Below, in pieces: positions 1 through 11,259 of a stretch of 64,000 nucleotides of DNA; within the stretch, counting starts at the first letter, position 1; every line of letters starts with the position of its first letter. A model generated the notes under the pieces. That model did not search any database. It was not told the origin of the DNA and worked only from the letters and a program-made list of their open reading frames with translations. Both the position numbers and the translations under genes were made by a program. The DNA lies in the NCBI GenBank assembly GCA_043228905.1, contig JBHGNT010000001.1, positions 22,754,001 through 22,818,000 of the forward strand, read 5' to 3'. This DNA comes from Azolla caroliniana (lineage: Eukaryota; Plantae; Polypodiophyta).

Positions 1-725
1 TTAGTGACCAAGGGAGTTACTTTCTGAATATGGTCATCAACAAACTGACCCAACACTACGTTGTGGTTCACAAAAAGAGTACGTCGTATTACCCACAGGC
101 AAATGGCTTGGCCGAATCCACGAACAAAACATTACAAACTATCCTCAAAAAGATAGAAAATGAGAACATAACAAATTGGGATACCAAATTGCACAATGCG
201 TTATGGGCATATCGAACTAGCTATAAGACTAGCATACAATCCACGCCTTTCAGGCTAGCATTTGGGCTGGAGGCCGTAATGCCAGTTCAATTCCAGGTAC
301 CCAGTCGGCGGATTCAAGTACGAGACTGGCTGCTAGAGGGCAAATCCGAACAAATACGACTACAACAATTGCTAGAACTAGGCAAAACCCAGGTACGCAG
401 TATGGCCATATTGGAACAAGAACAATGGTGGCGCAAAGCATTCGTGGACTGACATTGGCATGCGCGTGAAAAGGATTTTACGGTCGAGAAGGCGGTATTA
501 GTTTTTCAAACACGCATGGGGCAAATGCCAGGAAAATTAAGATTTCGCTAGATAGGCCTGTATTGGATAGTTGGAGCAGAAAACAACACATTTCAACTTG
601 GCACCTTGGCCGGAGAGGTGCTCCGACAAAAGGTGAATGGGTTTCGCTTAAAACCCTACTTGGGGCCTACGCCATTTAACCCGTTCCCCGCCGGACAGGA
701 TAAAGCCGGCGAATCTGTGGAGTAA
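1..725 (+). pseudogene. Ty3/gypsy integrase, C-terminal half (non-chromovirus, Athila/Tat-like), truncated by window start
   Basis: ORF 30..452 has integrase core motifs (YYPQANGLAESTNKTL, WDTKLHNALWAYRTSYK, TPFRLAFG). After a stop it continues as a GPY/F-type tail (GKLRFR..GLYWI...KVNGFRLKPY) ending at 725. Confidence 0.9.
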
Positions 726-857
726 GTATAGGGCCCTACTTGTACCATAGTGTAAAAATAATATTGTATGTAACCATTACGAAAAGAAAAAAAAAAAGAA
801 AAAAAAAGAAAAAAGAAGAAAAAAAGAAGAAGATAGCGACACTATTAAAAGGACTTG

Positions 858-2045
858 ATGCATGCACAAACTTCTAGAGCAAGAACACGTGGCACCTCGA
901 TGGCTCACAGACCAATGAACCCTAGGCCACAAAAAGAAGAAAATAGAAGGTTTTCTGCACAATACAGAAACCAACCTTCTAACTCTCATCACTCCCCTCA
1001 CTCACCTTCCTCTCCATCTTACCACAGAGCCCAAGTTCGCCATAGCCAACATACCTCACCTACTATCCACTAGTCTCACCCTCCTATGATGTTGATCCCT
1101 ATTTCGGCCGCCTTGCGTAGATGGCTCGTCGAAAAGGGTCTGGATGGATACATCAAAGTCGCCGAGGCACCTACTCATCCTGAAGCCCTGAACATCGCCA
1201 AGAAACTCAATATAGAAACGGTCACCAACTCATCAATTCGGAAGAAACTTGACCTGTCATCGCTCGGAGAAAGACATTTTGACATTCCTCCTACGGAAAC
1301 CTTGCAGAGATATTTCGGGGCATATTCGGCGTCTGCCAAGGCATACAGGACAAAGGAAATCCCCGATCCCTTATTTCGCGAAATAGACATGTTCTTGTTG
1401 GAAGTCGGATGTGTGCACCTCTGGGATGCCAAAACAGAAGGCAGGCATCATCATTGATACCTTTGAAGGGCGTGCGGTTGATTGGGGGTCATTACGGGAC
1501 CAACGTTACGAGAAGGCCTGCACGCGTATCAAGGCGGAAAAAAGCTAAGGCCAATCATACAATAGTATCTGACGATACTATTCCCACCCCGGGGTCTGCC
1601 CGCATCACAGCCCAGCAAGCCCAAGCTGCCACCACATTCCACGAAACGGAGGTTAGCGGAATTGGCCACCACAGAATGGGAGGATGGACCCCAATCAGAC
1701 CAAACCAACACACGGACAACACATGAAGAACGGCCGGAGCACAGGGAAGAAGCCCCGCAGGAGCAAGAAGCCGAGCAATGGCAGGAAAGCCCGAGGCTGA
1801 AACGGTGGAGGCTGGAAAGTAAAGATGGGCGCGAATTAGTTAAAGACACACTCGCGGCCAAAAAGACAATCGTTGTAACTACGGAGCCCAACACCACTTT
1901 CGAAATAATCCGGGAACCACGGCCGATTATTATAGCCTAGTCTCAGCAGGGGAAAGGCGTATTTACGACAGAAAGCGAGGTCTTGAAGGATCCGGACATT
2001 CCGGACATAGCCCACGAGTCGGTACTAGAGGTTTCAACTACCCGT
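858..2045 (+). pseudogene. Degenerate accessory ORF downstream of the gypsy integrase, unknown function
   Basis: Follows an A/G-rich tract (781-835). ORF pieces 855..1073, 1086..1457 and 1662..1940 are on the same strand as int, read like protein, and are broken by stops and frameshifts. Confidence 0.5.
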
Positions 2046-3097
2046 GAAGCCAACCTTGTGTTGTGTGTTGGGCCTTTGTGAAGGGTTGGCACATCCGAAA
2101 AAATTACCCTTCAGACTTCGATCGGCTTTTCGGCCAATTGGTGCATGGCTGACTCATTGAACACCATGTCCGAACTTCAGACGATTTGTCTGGGCTCAGG
2201 TTCCCAGAGTCGCTAGCCAATTTCGCCATCTAGACCATAACCAAGGAAAATACATTTCCTAGACCTTGGTGCAAGTTTGTGGTGATCATCTTTCGGGATG
2301 AGGGCGTACGCCTCGCACCCGAAAATCATCAGCTTATCGTAATTCGGCTTACTATCGGTCCACAATTCCTGAGGTATCCGAAGTCCTAGAGGCCTACTCG
2401 GCGACATATTGATTATGTGTACTGCCGTAAGTACTGCCTCTTCCCAGAAGCCATCCGATAGTCCGAAGTGTTGGAGCATGGAAACTATCCTTTCTTGAAT
2501 TGTCTGATTCATCCGCTTGGCAATTCCGTTCTGCTCCAGACTATGGGGTGTTGTATATTCATGTCGTATACTGTGTGTTGGCAGAATCTTACGAATTCTT
2601 CATATTTGAACTCTCCTCCATTATTGGTCTGAAAGCATTTCAGTTTTCAACTAGACTGATTCTCGACCATAGTGAGCCAATCGGAAAAAATCAAGAATAC
2701 TTGATATTTAGTTTTAATTAGGTAAGCCCACACCTTCCAAGTCGAGTCGTCAATAAAGCTGACGAAATACAAGGCACCGTTGAGAGACTAATGTGGCATA
2801 GGACGAAAGATGCCCGAGTGGACCAAATCGAGGGGACTCGATTCTCTCACTACTGATGTTGGATGTGACGCGGCTATCAGAGAAGGAGAGTTTAGGGATG
2901 TATCTGGCTCTGGATAAATGCATGATGTCGGCCTTGCTGAGGTGTCCTAGTCGTCCATGGGAATGTCGATCAAGAACAAGTCACCCTCTCTAAGTGTGAC
3001 ATATAACGGATACAACGAGTGTACTTTCCGTCCTCAAGCAAGCAGGAGGTTCCCCCTGTGGAGTGTCTACCCTCCTGATGAGAAGGCAACACAGATG

Positions 3098-3791
3098 TGT
3101 AGGGAACTCAACGCTCCTTATGTCCAACGCTCGGCCACAACCGAGATTCTTTTCATACACAGAAAACGGGAAATAAAACGCGACACAAAGAAGAAGAGAA
3201 TACACAAGAGGTTTTCGTGCAAAACCCCAAACTAGGGGAAAAAACCACGGCAGTCCACAGGCTGCAAACTGTCACTATGTAAGAATGTACAACAGTGAGT
3301 TCACTGAGGCAACGACCTCATGCTCACAGATCTTCGCCACAGGCGGCAGTTACAACAGAGGTAATGACCTCTTTCTCTCTCTCTCTCTCTCTGTACAGTT
3401 ACGCACACTCTCTATACTTGCACCAACAAGAATGACAACAACTACTACTAGTTTGCCCTAAGTCATATTTATACTAATATGACTTTTTGGCTATTTACAA
3501 ATATAGCCTCGGTGGACTATCAAAAACATATTTACAAATATGTCTCTTCATCCGGTTCATACCGAGTCTGCACCATCTGACTCTCCATAGCCGGGTACTC
3601 CTCATCCGGTTCATACCGGGTCTGCACCATCCGGCTCTCCGTAGCCGGGTACTCCTCATCCGGTTCATACCGGGTCTGCACCATCCGGCTCTCCGTAGCC
3701 GGGTACTCCTCATCCGGTTCCGGCCTCGGCCGAGCTTGTTCATCAACACTGTTCTTCTCCCTTCCCATCCGGAGGGACCTGTCTCCCAACA
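3098..3791 (-). mobile_element. Solo LTR related to family A, inserted in element C
   Basis: TG...CA ends; AGATG duplicated at 3093-3097 and 3792-3796; host reading frame rejoins across it (GQLDEKDI|CVAF); shares motifs with family A LTRs. Confidence 0.9.
3549..3720. repeat. 54-bp tandem repeat, about 3 copies, in the solo LTR U3
   Basis: Unit catccggttcataccgggtctgcaccatccggctctccgtagccgggtactcct; produces 18-aa periodicity in the spurious ORFs. Confidence 0.9.
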
Positions 3792-6700
3792 AGATGTCCT
3801 TTTCGTCTAATTGTCCGACTAAGATCAAAGGTCTTGAGAGCTCAGGTACATGTCGGACATTATGTAGTGCCACCCGAAAGGTTGAGCTCTACTGTGCCAA
3901 TTCTGATAATCACATAGTACCACGAATTTCCGACTCGAACTGAGTCAGAATGTCGAGCTGAGTATTGCCGAAATTGGGATCGATGAGAGTTCACGTGATA
4001 TAAAACACCCGAATCCAAGAGCCATGTGCTCGATTCCTCTATCATAAGCAGAATTTCTGATTCGATTAGGTTCTCAATGGATAGGTATGTTCAGGTCGCT
4101 GGACGGTATTTCAACCGAAGAGCCGACGTATTTGACCTCCTCATGTCAACCACTCTTCAGATCAGCTCTTTGAGCCTTTTCATTTTTGGCCTTGATTGCA
4201 CGACAATCAGCTTTGATGTGTTCCAGTTTCTTGCAATAATTGCAGACTCGATTATCCCGGGATTTGCTCTAACTTCAGTGGTTGTTCGGTTGCCGTGAAG
4301 AACATCTTCCTCGACTGTTCGATCGATTGGTCGAACCTTGTACTACATACTTGTTATTGGCCGAATCGTTTGCAAACGATTTCCTCCGAGCTGCTTCAAT
4401 AAGAATTGTGCTTGTGATTGAGGAGTATTTAACGGCCGCAATCGATGCGTTGCACACGATTATGACGAAAGTTTCCCACGAAGGGGGCAGACTACTCATA
4501 TCGCAAAATTCGATGCGCGCACAGAAGGTGCTCCAAGGTCGGCTTCTGCATATATTGGTTGATCACGCTGACCGGATAACTGATGTCAGGTCGGGTGATT
4601 GTCAAATATATAAGGCTTCCGACGATTTTTCGGAACCGCTTCTAATCGTAGGCCGGTCCGGAGCTTCTGGTTCCAGTCCAGGGGTGTGGAGATCGGGCGG
4701 CATTTCGTCATGCCGAACTTGTACATCATATTCAACACATAGTGTCTTTGTGAGAGCAATATGCCGTCGGGGGTTCGGATCACCTCAATCTCAAGGAAAT
4801 AGTGAAGGTCCCCCAGGTCCTTCATCTCAAATGCGTCCGACAACTGGGACTTGACTCGACTGATTTCATCGAGTCCGGGTCCGGTGATGACTAGATCATC
4901 AACATACAATAAGATGCGAGCCGAACCGTCCAGACCTTGCCAGATGAACAACGAAGAATCAGACCTGGAGGCTGCAAACCCCATCTTATGCAATTGGTGC
5001 GTGATCTTGGCATTCCAAGCTCGGGGGGCTTGCTTTAGGCCATAAAGTGACTTCTTTAGCCAGCATACCACCGACTTGTTCATCCCCAACTGGAAACTGG
5101 GAGGTTGGATCATAAAGACCTCTTCTTCAAGATCGCCTTGAAGAAATGCATTCTTCACGTCCATCTGGTGAAGGTGCCACCCTCTTGCCGCAGCAATTGT
5201 CAGTACCACACAAACTGTCATCATCTTCGCTACAGGAGCGAAGGTCTCGTCGTAGTCGATTCCGTGGGTCTGTGCGTATCCCTTCGCCACTAACCGAGCC
5301 TTATACTGGTTAACTGAACAATCGGCGTTGTACTTTATCTTGTACACCCACTTACATCTGATCAGTTTACAGTGTCGGCGAGGGTCAACTAGGTCCCATG
5401 TGTCGTTGGCATCAAGTGCTCGCATTTCTCCCTCCATAGCGGCACGTCAATTTGCATCCCTTGCCGCTTCTGCGTAGCTCTCTGGCTCACGCAGTTCTGC
5501 CACCTTGGTCATGTACGCATAGTGATGCGCCATGTACTCATTGTACTCGTACCGCTTTACGGGGTTCTTCTGGCAGGAAAATTGGTGTAACTTATCATTA
5601 CCCGGTTTGAGGCCCTTCTTGGCCGGTTTGGACTTCGTTCCTGAAGATCCGCCTTCTTCCTTATCGGAGTCAGATTCGCTCCGATCTGACTCAACGTTGC
5701 CAGTTTCGTATTCCGGCATTTTCTTCTTCCCCTTCTCGTTGCGCGTGAACCGTCTCCTCGGTTCCTTGCGCGGGGAGAGCACGACAGAGTCTCCATTACA
5801 CGCCGGTTCCTCATCTGACTGGTCATCCAGACTCAGCTGCTCATTCGGTCCACTTAACCAAAATGAGATCGGACACTCTTCTAGAGTGCGGAGGTCTTCA
5901 TCTTCTATCTGGACCAGTTTAGGCTCACTAGCCTCATCCTCCGGTATTGGGTCGGGGTCTAAAGTCGGAGCCGGTAAGGCATACCATGATGCCGTATCAT
6001 CAAACTCAACATCCCGGCTAACTCGAACCTGCTTCGTCCGAGGGTTATAACACTTATACCCCTTTTGCTCATGCGAGTAACCAACCAGGATTCATTTCTC
6101 CAACTTTGCATCCAACTTCCTCCGCTTCTCATCCGGCACATGCACATTGGCAATGCTACCGAATATACAAAGGTGTCTCAAATTCGACTTGCGTCTGAAA
6201 TACAGCTCATGCGCGGACACCTTGTCACCGATCCGGTTGTGGATATAGACGGTCGTCCGGACTGCCTTGGCCCAGTAGAAATGGGGCATGTTCTTCTCCT
6301 CTAGCATTGCCCTTGTCGCATCGACAATCGACAAGTTCGTCCTTTCGGCCAAACCGTTTTGCTTCGGTGTGTATCTACAGCTGAACTCTCTCGGAATTCC
6401 TTTTTGCTGTAGATAACTGTTGAATTGGCCGGAAAAATATTCTTTTCCGCCATCCGACCACAGGCACTTGATCTTCCTCTCCGTTTCCCGTTCAACCAGG
6501 CTTTGCAGGTTCCGGAAACACTTGAACACTTTGCTCTTCCGCTCAATGTGGTAGATCCATGTGTGCCGGTTGTAGTCGTCGATGAAGAAGACGAAATACC
6601 GACTCCCACCAAGACTAACGTTCTATGACGGTCCCCATACATCCGAATGAATAAGGTCGATCTTGTTACGGCTACAGTTTCTTTCGGTGGGGAATGGAAG

Positions 6701-7068
6701 CCGGTGGTGCTTCCCGAGTTGGTAGGCTTCACATATTTGGGCCTTCCGGCCACTGAACTTTGGCAAACCGAAAACAACTTGTTTCATTTGTAGGTCTGGA
6801 AGCCGTCGATAATTGACGTAGCCGGTCCGCTTGTGCCAGAGATCAATATCCGATTCAATCTTCTATCCTTTGGAGAACAAAGTGATGCCAACGTCATTGG
6901 TGTCGAGGATGAACATCCTCCCTTCTCTGCGCCCTTGCGCAATAATCTAGCCCTCTTCCTCGATAAAGCACCTAAGGTATGTAAACCGCACCTCCATCCC
7001 CTAATCAACGATCTGACCGACTGATACCAGGTTCTTCGTGATAGTCGGAACGTGTAATATGTTCATCA

Positions 7069-10000
7069 TGTTCGGAAACAGGTCCCTTCGGATGGGAAGT
7101 GAGAAGAACAATGTTGATGACTAACCGGCAACAGAAGACCCAGTGAGAACCAGATGTGGAGTACCCGGCAACGGAAGACTTGGTGAGAACCGGATGTGGA
7201 GTACCCGGCAACAGAAGACTTGGTGAGAACCAAATGACGAGTACCCGGCAAGGAAGACCCGGTGAGAACCAGATGTTGCAAGCCCAGTGAGAACCTCTCA
7301 CTGGATGAAGGGACATATATGTAAATATGTTCCAGAGAGCCCACTGGGGCTATATTTTGTAAATAGCCGAAAGTCATACTAGTATAAATATGACCTAGGG
7401 CAAACTCAATAGTTGTGTGTGTGTGTGTGTGTAATTTTGGTGTAACGACTGTACAGAGAGAGAGATAGAGAGAGCGATACAGAGCATGTCTCTGTTGTAA
7501 CTGGCACCAGGCGAAGATCGTGAGTAGGAGGTCGTTGCCTCTGTGCTCCCTGTTGTAATTGTTGGCATAGTGATAGTTTGGAGTTTGTGGACTCCCGTGG
7601 TTTTTCCCTCTCAGGGTTTTCCACGTTAACAACCTGTGTATTCTCTTTTATGTTCGGGTACTTACCTCTATTCCCATTTCTTCTGTGTTCGATTGTTATC
7701 AAGTGATCTATGCTTCAGTTGTGACCGGAGATTATTCCGCGTATTCTACGATGGGTAGACCCAACCGGCAAGACACCAGTTAGCACTCGATGAACCGGCC
7801 GGTGATGGTAAGGAGACAAGACAGGCCGAAGAAGAAGGAATAGCTGAAACTGGAACTGGCCAAGACCCTGAATCGGATTCGGATGAAAAACAAATAGAGG
7901 AGCCGGTTGGCGAAAGCCAAAGACGGAGATATCCTCTTAGAGAGAGAAGGGCCCCCAGAGATTTCCAGATGCAGACCATGTGCTGCTAACCGATGAGGGG
8001 GAGCTGGAAAGATTCGAAGAAGCGAAGGATGACAACAATAGCCGCAACTGGTTGACTGCCCTGGAGGACGAGATGGATTCCTTGCATGAGAACCACACGT
8101 ATGAATTGGTGGAGTTGCCGAAAGGAAAGAGGGCACTCCAAAACAAGTGGGTGTACAAGTTGAAACCAGGAGATGCCGACAAACCCTCCAAGGTACAAAG
8201 CCAGGATCGTGGTGAAGGGGTTCCAACAGAAGAAGGGCGTCAACTTCGATGAGATATTTGCCCCAGTAGTAAAGCTGACATCCATCCGGACTGTGTTGAG
8301 TATAGCGGCAAGCATGGACCTCGAGGTAGAGTAGCTGGACGTGAAGACGACATTCCTTCACGGTGACGTCAAAGAGGAGATCTACATGCAGCAACCGGAA
8401 GGATTCGTGGAGAAAGGGAAGGAGCACCTGGTTTGCCGGTTAAAGAAGAGTCTGTACGGACTGAAGCAGGCTCCCCGACAATGGTACCGGAAGTTCGACT
8501 CCTTCATGACCGACCAAGGGTATCACAAAACGCAAACCGATCATTGCGTGTTTGTAAATCAGTTCGAAGGAGGCGACTTCCTGATACTCCTTCTGTACGT
8601 GGACGACATGTTGATCGTCGGACGAGACAAAGCCAAACTACGGATGTTGAAGAAGGCTCTCAACTGAACTTTCTCAATGAAAGACTTGGGCCCGGCAAGA
8701 CAGATACTGGGGATGCACATCATCCGGGGCTGGTCAAAGAAGCAATTGTGGTTGTCACAGGAGAAATACGTGACAAAGGTTCTTTAACGGTTCAACATGT
8801 TAGAAGCAAAACCGGTCGGATCGACACTCCCGGCAAACTGCACACTATCCGGTAAGCAAAGCCCAAAGACGAAAGCAGAGAAGGCAGATATGGTGATGGT
8901 TCCATATGCCTCTACCGTCGGGAGCTTGATGTACGCAATGGTGTGTACTCGGCCAGGTATTGGATACGCAGTCGGAGTGGTGAGCCGGTTTATGAGCAAT
9001 CCCGACAAGGAGCACTGGAATGCGGTCAAATGGATACTCCGGTACTTGAAGGGCACTTCGAATATGTGTCTCCGATTCAGCTCCAGTAAACCTCAAGTTG
9101 ACGATTTTACCGATTCAGACGTGTCGGCTGATGAGGATACCCGCCGGTCTACATCCGGGTATGTAATGACATATGCAGGGGGAGTTGTTTCTTGGCAGTC
9201 GAGGCTGCAAAAGACGGTTGCGTTCTCAACCACGAACGCGGACGGAGTACATGGCGGTTGTGGACGCCGGCAAGGAAATATTATGGATGAAGGGCTTCAT
9301 CGGTGAGCTCGGTATCCGGCAAGATGAATACCGGCTCTATTGTGATAGTCAAAGTGCCATCCACCTTGCTAAGAACGCAACGTACCATTCAAGGACAAAG
9401 CACATCCAGCGTAGGTATCACTGGATCCGGGAGTGAGTAGAAGATCGAGAGTTCGCGCTGATGAAGATCCACACGGCCGAGAACGGGTCAGAAGTGCTGA
9501 CCAAAGTATTGATACCCGATAAGCTGGATGCATGTCGGAAGCGGATCGGACTAGTAAGACATCCCATGCCGGAGTGAAGGGGGAGTTTGTTAGGAAACAG
9601 GTCCCTCCGGATGAGAAGTGAGAAGAACGGTGTGGATGAGTACCCGACAACGGAAGAGCCGGTGAGAACCGGATGTGGAGTACCTGGCAACGGAAGACCC
9701 GGTGAGAACCGGATGTGGAGTACCCGGCAACGGAAGACCCGGTGAGAACCGGATGACGAGTACCTGGCAAGGAAGACCCGGTGAGAACCGGATGTTGCAG
9801 GCCCGGTGAGAACCTCTCACCGGATGAAGGGACATATATGTAAGTATGTTCCAGAGAGCCCACTGGGACTATATTTTGTAAATAGCCAAAAGTCATATTA
9901 GTATAAATATGACCTAGGGCAAACTCAGTAGTTGTGTGTGCGTGTGTGTAATTTTGGTGTAACGATTGTACAAAGAGAGAGATAGAGAGAGCTTTACAGA

Positions 10001-10251
10001 GCATGGCTCTGTTGTAACCGCTGCCAAGCGAAGATCGTGTGCAGGAGGTCGTTGCCTCTGTGCTCCCTGTTGTAATTGTTGGCATAGTGATAGTTTGGAG
10101 TCAGTGGACTCCCGTGGTTTTTCCCTCTTAGGGTTTTCCACGTTAACATCCTATGTACTTACCTCTATTCCCATTTCTTCTGTGTTCGATTGTTATCAAG
10201 TGACCTACGCTTCGGTTGTGACCGGAGATTATTCCGCGTATTCCCCTGGCA
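7069..10251 (+). mobile_element. Copia A1 (Tnt1/Tork-like), internally deleted: only RT-RNase H remain
   Basis: TSD CATCA (7064-7068, 10252-10256). 5' LTR 7069-~7746 is cut by the deletion; RT/RH remnants 7980-9577; PPT gaagggggag; 3' LTR 9588-10251. Confidence 0.92.
7120..7300. repeat. ~40-bp tandem array in family A LTR U3; also near 9630-9810, 11330-11515, 15860-16040, 33700-33890 and 43830-43980
   Basis: Unit gtgagaaccggatgtggagtacccggcaacggaagacccg, starting at 7143, 7183, 7223 and 7262. Confidence 0.9.
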
Positions 10252-10452
10252 CATCAGCTTCCCCCTATGTCCGACGTGGCTCAAAGGGACTTCTCCGATA
10301 TGCAGGATTCGGTGAGGAATGTCGTCTCCGGTTTCGACGACTCCTGGTTGTTCCGGTTTCTCCAAAAAGGAGAAGCACTCTTTGTGGCTCGTTATGTGAT
10401 TCGACACACCGGAATCAACGTATCACACTTCCTGCAATTTGGAAGTGGTCTT

Positions 10453-10910
10453 TCTTACCGTACGAGATGTACGGGTGATTGATAAGTGTGATAAGTGTGA
10501 TAAGTGAGGGTGAAAGATATGTATGTGTGATTTTATATGATTATGAGTGTGAGTGTGGTAGATACAAAGAGGTGTGAGTGAGTGACTAGGTGTGAATGCC
10601 AAGGGGGCTTGCACCCTTGTGGATCTACCCCTTTGTACCTATTTAACCCCTTATAGGGAATGAATGAATACAACAATAACCATTTCTCTCTCAATCTCTC
10701 TCTCTCTCTCATCATCTCTCTCTCTCTTCCCTCTCCTTAACGTTCAACCCCCTTGGGAGGGGGGTGGAGCCATTCTAGGCACCACCCCCCACCCCCCAAT
10801 GCTTCTCAATGCTTGTCAACATTTTCATCATCTCTCTCACCATCATACTCTCCATCATCTTCACTATTACATGATGTTTATCTTCGTCATCGATAACCAT
10901 CATTCGAACA
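10453..10910 (+). repeat. Left arm of the long inverted repeat
   Basis: Reverse complement of ~18450-18895 with substitutions and indels; contains tatttaa followed by a (CT)n tract. Confidence 0.9.
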
Positions 10911-11259
10911 TCTCCTTCGGTCAGCGACTTCATCGACACGAACATTCTCGTTCTGTCGGTTCACGAACTTCGGTAACATCATTTGGGTCGTGAAAAAAAC
11001 GTTGTATGTATGTGTGTTCCTTTTGTTGATTTTGTGAGTTGTGTGTCGATCGCGTCCATTTCTTTTAGGTTGATGAGTTTTCAAAATTTTGTAGGTGCCC
11101 TTTGATTTTCAAAATTTTTATTATATACCCTCAAGTTTTGAAAATTTCATTCCGTACCCCCAAGTTTCTGAAATTTTAGGCTGCTACCCTCAACATTTTA
11201 AAATTTCTTCGCATGCCCCTTATCATTCTCTTTTTCCCTCTTTTTTATTTTCTTGTTTG

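Noticed and set aside
9630-9810. Regular 40-bp repeats resembling a CRISPR array or iterons
   Set aside because: The units are contiguous with no unique spacers, lie inside LTR U3, and there are no cas genes.
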